The notes under the pieces are model-generated. The model made no database searches. It was not told where the DNA came from and worked only from the letters and a program-made list of their open reading frames with translations. A DNA stretch of 63,014 nucleotides, filler included. It is 4 parts of 4 records of this genome, joined end to end, with 100 filler letters (N's around TTAATTAATTAA, not from the genome) between each part and the next. Parts side by side here need not be neighbours in the genome. Positions count along the whole stretch, not along the records: positions 1 to 19,399 come from SRR20825006_181; positions 19,500 to 41,111 come from SRR20825006_192; 2 more parts are not named here. One strand, given 5' to 3'. The position numbers and the translations under genes are program-made. Positions 9,380-19,750 of the stretch are shown here, one piece after another (within the stretch, counting starts at the first letter, position 1; each line of letters opens with the position of its first letter).

Positions 9380-10765
9380 ATGAATGCTTTTGTGAAGCAC
9401 CACATACTTACTGGGTTTTTAACCTTAAGTCTCTTGGCAATGTATGCCGCTTTTGCATATGATTTAAATAGAGCAGATTTTCCTAAATTAATATCCTTAA
9501 TTGTAGGTCTTTTCTTTTTATCCTACGCTCTATATAAAAGAGCTCGTGTTTATTTCTGGTTTTTAGTTGGTGTTGCTTTCACAGCAAGACTGGTGTTTAT
9601 TGGTACGTTGCCAGGTTTATCACAAGATTTTTACAGATTTTTATGGGATGGCAGATTGCTTGCTCAAGGTATAAATCCCTATTTGCAAACTGTACAATCT
9701 TTTATAGATCAAGGTTTGCAGCCAGTAGCACAGTCTGATGCTTTATATAAAGGTATGGGCGCTTTAAATGCAGGACACTACACAAATTATCCACCAATAA
9801 ATCAACTGTTTTTTCTTATATCTGGTTGGTTATCAAAAAACTCGATACTTGGCGGAGCAGTTGTACTTCGCCTTACTATTATATTGGCAGACTTAGGTAT
9901 TCTGTATTTTGGGAGTAAGCTATTAAAATCACTTAAATTACCAAAGCATTTTATTTTTTGGTTTATATTAAATCCATTTGTCATCATTGAGTTTTCTGGG
10001 AATTTACATTTTGAGAGTGTTATGCTTTTCTTTTTTATGTGGGCCTTATATTTATTACATAACAAAAAATGGGCTTGGGCTGCTGTGTTAATAGGTGTAT
10101 CTATTTCAGTTAAATTATTGCCGTTACTTTTGTTGCCTTTATTATTAACTTATTTTAATACTAAAGACCTTAAAGAGGCTTCGTTTCTAAATCGAATAGC
10201 TTCAATAAACATTAAAACATTAGTATGTTTTTATGGTATAGTAATACTAACCACACTCGTTACTTTTCTTCCGTTTTTATCAATAGATTTCATCACTAAT
10301 TTTCTGAATACTATTGGACTTTGGTTTCAAAATTTCGAATTTAATGCTAGTGTATATTACATAATAAGATGGATTGGCTTTCAAACTATAGGTTGGAATA
10401 TTATTGGTACAGTTGGAAAAATATTACCAATAGTAGTTGTTTTAAGCATTCTTACTATTGCTACATTTAAGCGTATAGAAACCACAGCCCAATTACTGGT
10501 TGCTATGTTATTTGCTGTAAGTGTTTACTTTTTACTTTCTACAACAGTGCATCCTTGGTATGTGGCAACGCCGTTGTTGCTGTCTGTATTTACAAGGTAT
10601 AGGTTTGCAATAGTTTGGTCTCTGTTAGTTATGCTAAGCTATAGTGCATATGGCGAAGAATTTAACGAAAACTTGTGGCTGGTAGCTGTTGAGTATTTGG
10701 TTGTTATAGGAATGGCAGTATATGAAATTTGGATAGTAAAACACAAGAGGCCTTTATTAACCTAA
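9380..10765 (+). CDS. GT-C fold polytopic glycosyltransferase (GT87/DUF2029-like)
   Basis: Multi-TM; SQDFYRFLWDG and NYPP loop motifs; LNPF and HPWY motifs. Confidence 0.75.
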   Translation: MNAFVKHHILTGFLTLSLLAMYAAFAYDLNRADFPKLISLIVGLFFLSYALYKRARVYFWFLVGVAFTARLVFIGTLPGLSQDFYRFLWDGRLLAQGINPYLQTVQSFIDQGLQPVAQSDALYKGMGALNAGHYTNYPPINQLFFLISGWLSKNSILGGAVVLRLTIILADLGILYFGSKLLKSLKLPKHFIFWFILNPFVIIEFSGNLHFESVMLFFFMWALYLLHNKKWAWAAVLIGVSISVKLLPLLLLPLLLTYFNTKDLKEASFLNRIASINIKTLVCFYGIVILTTLVTFLPFLSIDFITNFLNTIGLWFQNFEFNASVYYIIRWIGFQTIGWNIIGTVGKILPIVVVLSILTIATFKRIETTAQLLVAMLFAVSVYFLLSTTVHPWYVATPLLLSVFTRYRFAIVWSLLVMLSYSAYGEEFNENLWLVAVEYLVVIGMAVYEIWIVKHKRPLLT

Positions 10766-10768
10766 GCT

Positions 10769-11746
10769 TTATTTTTTACGCTCTATCACGTAATTTACCA
10801 TAAGTTCTAAACTTTCTTTATAAGGTGAAGGCGGAAATTTTTCTAATAGTGCTAAAGCTTCTTTTTGAAACTGTTTCATTTGCATAACTGCATACTCTAA
10901 GCCTCCATTTTCTTTTACAAATTCAATAACCTTATTTACACGAGCCTTGTCCTTGTTATGGTTTTTAACGGAGTTAATTAACCAACGTTTGTCTTCTTTA
11001 CTTACAGTATTAAGTGTGTAAATAAGTGGCAGTGTCATTTTCTGTTCTTTTATATCAATTCCGGTAGGTTTACCAATAGCAGTATTTCCATAATCAAACA
11101 AATCGTCTTTAATTTGAAAAGCCATACCTATCTTCTCACCAAATAAACGCATAAGCGTAACATCATCAGAATTTGGGTTAACAGATGCAGCGCCCAAACT
11201 ACAACAAGCGGCAATTAAAGTGGCCGTTTTCTTCTTGATTATGTCGTAGTATACATCTTCAGTTATGTCTAAACGGCGCGCTTTTTCAATTTGTAAAAGT
11301 TCACCTTCACTCATTTCTCTTACTGCAACCGAAATAATTTTAAGTAAATCAAAATCATTGTTGTCAATAGATAATAATAAACCTTTAGATAGCAGATAAT
11401 CCCCTACAAGAACTGCAATTTTGTTTTTCCAAAGCGCATTAATAGAGAAAAAACCACGACGCCTATTAGAGTCGTCTACAATATCATCATGTACCAATGT
11501 GGCCGTATGTATAAGCTCAATAACAGCCGCACCACGGTAGGTACGATCGTTTACAGAACCTTCACTTACCATCTTAGCCACAAGAAACACAAACATTGGG
11601 CGCATTTGCTTTCCTTTTCTATTAACCACATAATGGGTTATGCGATTTAGGAGTGCCACTTGAGAAGACATGGATTGGCGAAAACGCTTTTCAAAGTCTT
11701 CCATTTCCTGTTCAATGGGCTGCTTTATTTTAGATATTACTTTCAC
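10769..11746 (-). CDS. Polyprenyl diphosphate synthase (IspB-like)
   Basis: GKQMRP, LVHDDIVD...RRG and FQIKDDLFD motifs. Confidence 0.93.
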   Translation of the reverse strand: MKVISKIKQPIEQEMEDFEKRFRQSMSSQVALLNRITHYVVNRKGKQMRPMFVFLVAKMVSEGSVNDRTYRGAAVIELIHTATLVHDDIVDDSNRRRGFFSINALWKNKIAVLVGDYLLSKGLLLSIDNNDFDLLKIISVAVREMSEGELLQIEKARRLDITEDVYYDIIKKKTATLIAACCSLGAASVNPNSDDVTLMRLFGEKIGMAFQIKDDLFDYGNTAIGKPTGIDIKEQKMTLPLIYTLNTVSKEDKRWLINSVKNHNKDKARVNKVIEFVKENGGLEYAVMQMKQFQKEALALLEKFPPSPYKESLELMVNYVIERKK

Positions 11747-11858
11747 TATTACAAAGATACATAAGCCAAATTGAATAATTTATATTAAAATAAAGTAAAC
11801 AAAATCCGATGAAATGTTTACATTTATAGATGAAATACTAAACTTTAAACTATTTATT

Positions 11859-12764
11859 ATGAAAAAAATTACTTTGTTAGCAGCTTTACTGGTTGCTTTC
11901 TATTCAAATGCGCAAATTGAAACCTCTTTTGAAACAGGAGAAGGATTCACAGTTGGTGCTCTAAATGGTCAAAATGGTTGGGCTAATACAACCGGTGCCG
12001 ATGCAAATTTTTCAATCTCTACAGGCCAAGCTACAGATGGAACACAATCTTTGCAATTAATTCCAACTAATGGTCAATCTAACTTAGTTGCATTAGGGCC
12101 AACAATTACATCTTCTGCAGATGTAGTAGTATTTACCGTTGATGCTTTTATTGAAGCTGCTCCAACTGGAGGTGAAAATTCAGATGTTCAGATTATCACC
12201 CAATCTCCATCTCAAGAGTTGGTTACAGCTCGTGTAAATTTTGATTTTCAAGGCAATGTTTCTGTATTAGACGATGATGGTACTGGTACTGAAACTTTAG
12301 CATTTATTCCTGCAGGTACATTTGTTAGAAATGCATTTTTCGAATTTAAAATAGAGCATAGGTTTGCTGATAATGAAATTCTATATTACATAGATGATTC
12401 TCTTATTTATACAGGAGAAGCATTTGGAGCAACTAATGTAGAGTCTGCTGTTTTCTTATTTGATAATTTTGAAAGTGGAGCATACTTTGATAATTTAACT
12501 TACGCAGAAAATCCACTTGCTGTTGAAGAATTTGCAGCTTTGAATTTCACGCAGTTTGTAGACTCAAATAATACTCTGTATATGTCTTCTAATGAAGTGT
12601 TAGAATCTGTAGAACTATATAATGTATTAGGAAAACAAGTAAAAACAATGAAGCTAGCTTCTCAAGAAGCACAAGTAAGTCTTGCAGATCTTTCTTCTGG
12701 AATTTACTTAGCTAAAGTGACTGTAAATGGTCAAAACAAATCTTTCAAGCTAATTAAGAAGTAA
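11859..12764 (+). CDS. Secreted protein with T9SS C-terminal sorting domain
   Basis: Signal peptide MKKITLLAALLVAFYSNA-Q; C-terminal YNVLGKQV...LSSGIYLAKV...SFKLIKK. Confidence 0.88.
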   Translation: MKKITLLAALLVAFYSNAQIETSFETGEGFTVGALNGQNGWANTTGADANFSISTGQATDGTQSLQLIPTNGQSNLVALGPTITSSADVVVFTVDAFIEAAPTGGENSDVQIITQSPSQELVTARVNFDFQGNVSVLDDDGTGTETLAFIPAGTFVRNAFFEFKIEHRFADNEILYYIDDSLIYTGEAFGATNVESAVFLFDNFESGAYFDNLTYAENPLAVEEFAALNFTQFVDSNNTLYMSSNEVLESVELYNVLGKQVKTMKLASQEAQVSLADLSSGIYLAKVTVNGQNKSFKLIKK

Positions 12765-12784
12765 TTTAATTAGACTTAAAATTT

Positions 12785-12815
12785 AAAAAGCGATCCTATT
12801 AGGATCGCTTTTTTT
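12785..12815. terminator. Bidirectional intrinsic terminator
   Basis: AAAAAGCGATCCTA-T-TAGGATCGCTTTTTTT between convergent genes. Confidence 0.85.
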
Positions 12816-14274
12816 ATTGAATTCGATTAATGGCTATGGTGTCCATATCAAATTTTTCATAGAGCCAAGCCCTAAGTCTTTTTTGGTCTTTTACTATAGT
12901 TTGTTGCGGAATACTATCTACCCACTTTACAGAAAAAGTAGGAATGGTGTCTAGAGTTGTATTAATAGAGTCTGTAGCAGAAAATGTACTAACCAATTCA
13001 TTTGAAAATGAAAACCGCTGAATGTTAGGGTAGTTAATTTTTGTCTCTCTACTAAGACCTTCAAAAGGGATTCCTGCACCTTTTAATTTAGAAAGTTGAT
13101 CTTCTAACAATAAGATACGTGCATCTTTACTTTGAAGTGCTTCTTGATTTTTAAGATAAAGATCTTCTAATATTCCAGCTTTTACAGAAGAGCTCAGTTG
13201 TTCTGCCAAATCACTACTTTGATCTGATCCTTGATGAATTTTAAGATTAGCATCTTTAAGCGCTTCATCTTTCTTAAGTTCAGCAATCCAACTATTTATT
13301 TTACTGCTAGGAACTGGTTGTCCTATTAAGTACACATTAATATCCTTTGATTTAAAATCTTGAGTAGATTTTACAACTTCTGTACCCTCATACTTAATAA
13401 CATTGGTTACAAAATCGTTTGTTTTAGTTTCAAAGACTTGTATTCTAAGCAAGTTTATAAATAAGTAGACACTTGGTACCATAACTATAATTGCAATTAG
13501 TGAAGCAATAAAAGCTATACGCTTACGACGTTTTTGGTTGGCATATTTTACTAATGGAAAACCAAGTAACTTAGATACTAAAAATGTAGATAATGCTATA
13601 AATACTGCATTTATAGAAAATAAATACATAGCACCACTAGCATAGCTCCAATTACCAATAGCTAAGCCATAACCTACAGTACATAATGGTGGCATTAAAG
13701 CTGTAGCAATAGCAACACCAAATATCACACTTGCAATGGTTCCTTTTTTAGTTTTAGCTACAATAAGAGCCAAACCACCAAATAAGGCAACAAGTACGTC
13801 TAAAATTGTTGGGTAAATTCGAGCCAATAATTCTGGAGTAGCCTTGGTTATAGGTGATATTTTAAAATAGATAAATGCAGTAATAACACTTAGGAAAATC
13901 ATAACACCTAAGTTTACTAAAGATCGTCTTAAGGTGTCAATATCATTAATAGCAACAGACAACCCAATACCTACAATTGGTCCCATTAATGGAGAAATAA
14001 GCATTGCTCCTATAACAACAGCAGTACTGCTAACGTTAAGCCCGATAGAAGCTACAAATATTGAAAAGATAAGAATCCAAGCGTTATGCCCTTTAAAAGG
14101 TATGTCTTTCTTAACGGCTTCAATAGTCGAATCCCGATCGGTATCATTTTTTATATTCAGAAGCTCTGAAACAAAAATTTTAATTTGTTGCCAAAGACCT
14201 TGTGCCTCTTTGCGTAAGTCTTTGTTTTCCTCATCTAAAGGAGGATTGCTACCTATATTAGGTTCGTTTGCCAT
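12814..14274 (-). CDS. DUF389 (TIGR00341-like) membrane protein
   Basis: SSTAVVIGAMLISPLMGP and GVAIATALMPP motifs. Confidence 0.9.
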   Translation of the reverse strand: MANEPNIGSNPPLDEENKDLRKEAQGLWQQIKIFVSELLNIKNDTDRDSTIEAVKKDIPFKGHNAWILIFSIFVASIGLNVSSTAVVIGAMLISPLMGPIVGIGLSVAINDIDTLRRSLVNLGVMIFLSVITAFIYFKISPITKATPELLARIYPTILDVLVALFGGLALIVAKTKKGTIASVIFGVAIATALMPPLCTVGYGLAIGNWSYASGAMYLFSINAVFIALSTFLVSKLLGFPLVKYANQKRRKRIAFIASLIAIIVMVPSVYLFINLLRIQVFETKTNDFVTNVIKYEGTEVVKSTQDFKSKDINVYLIGQPVPSSKINSWIAELKKDEALKDANLKIHQGSDQSSDLAEQLSSSVKAGILEDLYLKNQEALQSKDARILLLEDQLSKLKGAGIPFEGLSRETKINYPNIQRFSFSNELVSTFSATDSINTTLDTIPTFSVKWVDSIPQQTIVKDQKRLRAWLYEKFDMDTIAINRIQ

Positions 14275-15356
14275 TAATTTAAGTTTTTACCTAATTTTTG
14301 CTGTACAGATTTACTAATAGATTTTATGTCTTGTTCTTTCTCCTTTGGAACAATCATTAAAACATCATCTCTATCTACAATGATATAATCTTCTAAACCA
14401 TCTATTACCACAGCTTTGTTAGACTGTGTGTGTATCATATTTCCTTGACTGTTGGGTGCAAATGTTTCAGCATTTACAATTGCATTATTCTGAAAATCTT
14501 TGGTAAGCTTTTCATATAAAGATCCCCAAGTACCAAGGTCATTCCAGTCAAAAGTAGCGGGTAGTACTCTTACATCAGCAGCATTTTCCATTATACCAAA
14601 ATCTATAGAAATGTTATCTGCTTTAGGATAAGTTCTTGAAAGGAATTTTGTTTCACGTTCTGTATTTAAAGCATCAATTCCTCTAAAAAACAGATGATGC
14701 ATATCTGGCATTTGTTTTTCAAAAGCTTCGACAATAGTATTAGCACTCCAAATAAAAATTCCGGCATTCCATAAGTAATTGCCGTCAGCTAAAAATTGTT
14801 TTGCAAGCTCTTTATTTGGTTTTTCGGTAAAACGCTTAACTTTCTTTATTGGTGTAGAAGAGTCTTCTATATAATTTATATAACCATAACCAGTATTTGC
14901 AAAAGTTGGCTCAATACCAAGAGTCATAAGAATAGGTTGTCTTTGGCAAGCATCAAAAGCTGTACGAATATTATCGTTAAAAGCATTTTCATCTTCTATC
15001 CAATGATCACTAGGAGCTACGAGCATTAATGCATCAGGATTTTCTTTCTGAATTTTTAAAGCTGCCAATAATATACAAGGTGCCGTATTTCTCATTGCAG
15101 GCTCTAGGACTATTTGTCTATCTGTTACATTAGGTAACTGCTCCTTTACCAGGTCTTCATATTTTGAGTTGGTGAGTATAAAAATATTCTCTTCTGGGAC
15201 AGTTTTAGAAAGCCTTGCAAAGGTTTTTTGTATTAATGAAGAGCCAGTGCCTAGCATATCATGAAATTGCTTTGGGAAACTAGTAGTGCTTACAGGCCAA
15301 AATCTTGATCCAATACCACCAGCCATTAGCACAGCATAGTAATTTTTATTTTCCAT
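14274..15356 (-). CDS. manC: Mannose-1-phosphate guanylyltransferase
   Basis: MAGGIGSRFWP...PKQF, RNTAP, FTEKP and WNDLGTW motifs. Confidence 0.92.
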   Translation of the reverse strand: MENKNYYAVLMAGGIGSRFWPVSTTSFPKQFHDMLGTGSSLIQKTFARLSKTVPEENIFILTNSKYEDLVKEQLPNVTDRQIVLEPAMRNTAPCILLAALKIQKENPDALMLVAPSDHWIEDENAFNDNIRTAFDACQRQPILMTLGIEPTFANTGYGYINYIEDSSTPIKKVKRFTEKPNKELAKQFLADGNYLWNAGIFIWSANTIVEAFEKQMPDMHHLFFRGIDALNTERETKFLSRTYPKADNISIDFGIMENAADVRVLPATFDWNDLGTWGSLYEKLTKDFQNNAIVNAETFAPNSQGNMIHTQSNKAVVIDGLEDYIIVDRDDVLMIVPKEKEQDIKSISKSVQQKLGKNLN

Positions 15357-15362
15357 TAATAG

Positions 15363-15962
15363 TTAGTTTTTAATAAATTCAACTTCTGCATTAGGTTGAA
15401 ACAGATATACTTTTCCTGTTGCTATTTCAACACATTCATAGCGTTTTACACGCTGTAATCCTTTTTTGAAAACTTTACCATTGTAAATTTTGAAGATACT
15501 TCCGGTAGGTATTTCAAATATATAATTTTTATCAGTTGGAGGATCGTAAGACTTCAGTTTAATAGCTAGTTGCGCATCTGTATCACTACTTGCTTTGGGG
15601 TTTTTAAAATGTCTTGCGAGATAGGGTAGCAGCTCTTGAGGAAAAATATTAGGATTAATAAAGGGTAACATTAACAAAGTAAATGTACGTTTCCACTCTT
15701 TGCCGTGTGGCTTTATTTGAAATCCAAATTCCTGAAATGCTTTTAAATGAGCAATTTCATGTATTAAAGTAATTAAAAACCGATATGGGTTTAAGTTGGC
15801 ATTAACAGTAATCTGTAAGGTGCCATCTGGCATTTTCCTATAATCGCCGTGGCGCGTCTTACGTTCGTTTACAATTTTAAGGTGTACGCCATAATTTTTT
15901 ATAAGATTAAACGCAGGCTCGACAGCCATTGGTGGTAAATATTTAGTTAAAACATTAGCCAT
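15363..15962 (-). CDS. SprT-like metalloprotease domain protein
   Basis: HEIAH zinc motif followed by PHGKEWK. Confidence 0.85.
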   Translation of the reverse strand: MANVLTKYLPPMAVEPAFNLIKNYGVHLKIVNERKTRHGDYRKMPDGTLQITVNANLNPYRFLITLIHEIAHLKAFQEFGFQIKPHGKEWKRTFTLLMLPFINPNIFPQELLPYLARHFKNPKASSDTDAQLAIKLKSYDPPTDKNYIFEIPTGSIFKIYNGKVFKKGLQRVKRYECVEIATGKVYLFQPNAEVEFIKN

Positions 15963-16645
15963 TAAGGTGTGGTGCTTGAAACCTGTAATATTTTTCCATT
16001 ATAAAACTGTTGTCCAGTTAAAGCAAAATTAGCAATATATTCTGCCATTTCTTCTGCAGTTACTGGAGCTTGAAAACCAGGAAAAGCTTGCTCTAACATT
16101 TCGGTTTGTACAGCACCTAAAGCCAATACATTAAACGACGGTCCTGTTTCCTTATACTCTTCTGCTAAAAGCTCTGTTAATGTAATGAGTGCACCTTTGC
16201 TAGAACTATAGGCAGATAATCCTGCAAATTTCATACTTCCTTGTATACCGCCCATACTACTTATATTAACAACATGGCTTTTGTTATTCATATAAGGTAG
16301 TGCTTGTTGGGTCATATTTACAACTCCATAAACATTAGTATTGTAAACACTTTTAAACGTATCTAAAGAAGTAGTGTTGAAAGATGAATTTGCTAACAGG
16401 CCTGCATTGTTTATTAATATGTCTACACGATTATTAAACACATTTTTTATAGCATTGTTAAGAATGTTGTTTTGCTCTTCTTTTGTAATATCAAGATCTA
16501 AACAAGTAACATTATCTAGGGATAAAGACTTAAGGTGAGATGTGTTTCTAGATAGCGCAATAACCTTGTGATTTTGTATGGAAAATAGTTTTGCCAACTC
16601 TAAGCCAATACCTTTACTTGCGCCAGTAATTATTATGTGTTTCAT
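15962..16645 (-). CDS. SDR-family oxidoreductase
   Basis: TGASKGIG, NNAG and YSSSK motifs; ATG at 16645. Confidence 0.92.
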   Translation of the reverse strand: MKHIIITGASKGIGLELAKLFSIQNHKVIALSRNTSHLKSLSLDNVTCLDLDITKEEQNNILNNAIKNVFNNRVDILINNAGLLANSSFNTTSLDTFKSVYNTNVYGVVNMTQQALPYMNNKSHVVNISSMGGIQGSMKFAGLSAYSSSKGALITLTELLAEEYKETGPSFNVLALGAVQTEMLEQAFPGFQAPVTAEEMAEYIANFALTGQQFYNGKILQVSSTTP

Positions 16646-16741
16646 GTATGATAATTTTACAAAAAATAAACATTCTAGAATTAAAAACCTGATGTTGTAA
16701 TTATTAATATCAGATAGTAATATTATATGAGTTAAGAGCAT

Positions 16742-16776
16742 AAAAAAAGGTCCGTAAAAATTACAGACCTTTTTTT
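16742..16776 (-). terminator. Intrinsic terminator after pdhC
   Basis: AAAAAAAGGTCCGTAA/TTACAGACCTTTTTTT inverted repeat. Confidence 0.75.
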
Positions 16777-16791
16777 ATTTACCCAAAAGAG

Positions 16792-18435
16792 TTAGGCCAG
16801 CATTGTAACTGGGTTCTCCATATAAGTTTTAAAGGTTTGTAAGAATTGTGCTCCTGTTGCACCATCCACAGTTCTATGATCATTTGCCATAGTAACTTTC
16901 ATAGTATGTCCAACAACAATCTCACCGTTCTTAACTACAGGCTTTTCAACGATTGCACCTATAGATAGAATAGAAGAATTAGGCTGATTAATAATACTAG
17001 TAAATTCTGTAATACCAAACATTCCTAAGTTAGACACTGTAAAAGTGCTGCCAGACATCTCATCTGGAGTGATTTTCTTGTTTCTAGCTTTGCCAGCTAA
17101 AGATTTTACATTACCACCAATTTGGGTTAGAGACATTTGGTCTGCAAATTTAAGTACAGGCACCAATAGGCCTTCATCTACAGCAACAGCAACGCCCATA
17201 TGTATGTGGTTAGCTACTTTTGTTTTGTCGCCATCCCATTGAGAATTAACTTGTGGATGTTTGCGTAACGCCATAGCAGCAGCTTTTATAACCATATCGT
17301 TATAAGATACTTTTACATCTGGCATTTGATTAATTTGAGATCTAGAAGACATTGCGTGCTCCATATTTATCTCTACAGTTAAGTAGTAATGTGGCGCAGA
17401 GAATTTAGATTCGCCTAAGCGTTTTGCAATTGTCTTACGCATTTGAGAATTCTTAGTTTCCTCAAAAGACTCCTCACCAGCAGATACATAAGGTTGTACT
17501 GTTGGTACCTCATTAGTTTGAGACTCTTTAGCTTGAGCAGTGTCTTTTTTAGATGTTGCTGAAGGTTTAAAGTTCTCTATATCTTTCTTTACAATACGGC
17601 CATTGTCTCCACTACCATCTACTTCAGATAAATCTATTCCTTTTTCCTCTGCCATTTTCTTAGCTAAAGGAGATACGAAAATTCGTTTTCCGTCTGAAGT
17701 TTTACTGCTTTTAGATGAAGTTTCTTCTTTGTCGGTATCAGCCTTTGCGTCTTTTTCTTCTTTAGAAGATTTTGTTTCTGCTTTAGAAGCTTTAGGGCTG
17801 TCTCCAGAAATTCCAGATACATCTGTTCCTTCAGGTCCTATGATAGCTAATAACTTATCTACTTTTGCAGTTTCACCTTCTGCTACGCCAATTTTTAAAA
17901 GGGTACCAGAGTAAAAAGATTCAAACTCCATTGTAGCTTTATCGGTTTCTATTTCTGCAAGGATATCACCTTCTTCAATAGTATCGCCTTCTTGTTTCAA
18001 CCAAGTTGCAACAGTACCTTCTTCCATAGTATCAGAAAGGCGAGGCATTGTGATTATTTCTACACCTTCTGGTATGCCTGAATCGTCTGAAGAAGACTCT
18101 TCTTTCTCGTCAGTTTTCTCCTCATCATTTGATTCTTCATTATCGCTTTCAGAACCTGAAGCACTAGAACCATTTAGTAGGTCTGAAATATCTTCACCTT
18201 TTTCACCGATAATTGCCAAGAGTTGGTCTACAGGAGCAGTTTCGCCTTCTTCAACACCTATATGAAGTAATACGCCTTCATAAAAAGACTCAAACTCCAT
18301 AGTAGCTTTATCTGTCTCTATTTCAGCAAGAATATCACCTTCTTCAACTTTGTCTCCTTTTTGCTTTAGCCATTTAGCAACAACACCTTCTTCCATGGTG
18401 TCACTTAATCTTGGCATATTTATTACTTCGGCCAT
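16792..18435 (-). CDS. pdhC: Pyruvate dehydrogenase E2 (dihydrolipoamide acetyltransferase) with two lipoyl domains
   Basis: Two ETDKATME lipoyl motifs, E3-binding domain and DHRTVDG catalytic motif. Confidence 0.96.
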   Translation of the reverse strand: MAEVINMPRLSDTMEEGVVAKWLKQKGDKVEEGDILAEIETDKATMEFESFYEGVLLHIGVEEGETAPVDQLLAIIGEKGEDISDLLNGSSASGSESDNEESNDEEKTDEKEESSSDDSGIPEGVEIITMPRLSDTMEEGTVATWLKQEGDTIEEGDILAEIETDKATMEFESFYSGTLLKIGVAEGETAKVDKLLAIIGPEGTDVSGISGDSPKASKAETKSSKEEKDAKADTDKEETSSKSSKTSDGKRIFVSPLAKKMAEEKGIDLSEVDGSGDNGRIVKKDIENFKPSATSKKDTAQAKESQTNEVPTVQPYVSAGEESFEETKNSQMRKTIAKRLGESKFSAPHYYLTVEINMEHAMSSRSQINQMPDVKVSYNDMVIKAAAMALRKHPQVNSQWDGDKTKVANHIHMGVAVAVDEGLLVPVLKFADQMSLTQIGGNVKSLAGKARNKKITPDEMSGSTFTVSNLGMFGITEFTSIINQPNSSILSIGAIVEKPVVKNGEIVVGHTMKVTMANDHRTVDGATGAQFLQTFKTYMENPVTMLA

Positions 18436-18438
18436 CTC

Positions 18439-19399
18439 TTAAACTGGTTTATGTGATAAAAATGGATAGTCTTCTTGCTCGTAAACAACGTCATACATCA
18501 CGTTCTTTTCTGGGAAGTCTGAGTTTTCTGCAAACTCTTCACATTCCTTAACAAGATCTTTAACTCTCTGATCTATTTCTTTAACTTCATCTTCTGTAGC
18601 ATATTTTTTATCTAAGATAATCTCTTTTACTTGCGTTATAGGATCTATCTTTTGGTATTCTGCTACTTCGTCTTTAGTTCTATATTTTTGAGCATCACTC
18701 ATTGAGTGTCCTCTATATCTGTATGTTTTTAACTCTAAGAAAGTTGGGCCACCACCAGTTCTTGCACGCTCAATTGCTTCAGACATTGCTTCTGCAACCT
18801 TAACAGGGTTCATAGCATCTACTGGTCCGCAAGGCATTTCATATCCTAAACCAAGTTTCCAGATATCTGTATGGTTTGCTGTTCTTGCAACAGATGTTCC
18901 CATGGCGTATCCATTGTTTTCAACACAAAATACTACAGGTAAATTCCATAGCATAGCCAAGTTAAAGGTTTCATGAAGTGAACCTTGTCTTGCAGCACCA
19001 TCTCCAAAATAAGTGATGGTAACATTGTCTCTATCATGATACTGGTCTGCAAATGCTAAACCTGCACCTAGAGGAATTTGACCACCAACAATACCGTGAC
19101 CACCATAAAAACGGTGTTCTTTAGAGAAAATATGCATAGACCCACCAAGACCTTGTGAGGTACCTGTGCCTTTACCATATAATTCTGCCATTACACGTTT
19201 AGGGTCTACACCCATACCAATTGGTTGTACGTGGTTTCTGTAAGCGGTTATTAAACGATCCTTATCTGTATCCATAGCATGCAATGTACCTGCAAGGATA
19301 GCTTCTTGACCGTTGTAAAGGTGTAAAAACCCTCTAACTTTTTGTTGTATATATACTTGTGCTAGTTTGTCTTCAAACTTTCTCCAAAATAGCATGTCT
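18439..19399 (-). CDS. pdhA: Pyruvate dehydrogenase E1 alpha, 5' end cut by the contig gap
   Basis: GFLHLYNGQE, FGDGAARQG (TPP-binding) and YRGHSMSD motifs. Confidence 0.95.
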
Positions 19400-19499
19400 N
19401 NNNNNNNNNNNNNNNNNNNNNNNNNNNNNNNNNNNNNNNNNNNTTAATTAATTAANNNNNNNNNNNNNNNNNNNNNNNNNNNNNNNNNNNNNNNNNNNN
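19400..19499. other. Artificial contig linker
   Basis: N44-TTAATTAATTAA-N44, stop codons in all six frames. Confidence 0.98.
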
Positions 19500-19541
19500 T
19501 AAAACGGGATTCAAGATGAAAACAGTTTCGTAATGATTCAT
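19500..19541 (-). CDS. rpsF: 30S ribosomal protein S6, first 14 codons only (cut by the gap)
   Basis: Manual translation gives MNHYETVFILNPVL. Confidence 0.85.
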
Positions 19542-19750
19542 AAAAATAGTTTATTAAAAAAATGAGTGCAAAAGTAACCTTAATTTCTCACACAACAAAA
19601 CAGATTTCCATTAAATCGATTATCAACTCATTATTTTTCAAATAGCTGCTCAAATATTGAAAAAAATATCGATGAACTACACAAAAAAGTTGGTTAATAC
19701 ATTTATTGTAAGTAGTTTTGGTAAACTAACGCTATCTCAAAACTTTACCT

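Noticed and set aside
17840-18435. Long direct repeat within pdhC
   Set aside because: Ordinary tandem lipoyl domains of PDH E2
19444-19455. TTAATTAATTAA repeated three times in the window as a biological repeat
   Set aside because: Always centred in N runs of equal length; a synthetic six-frame-stop spacer
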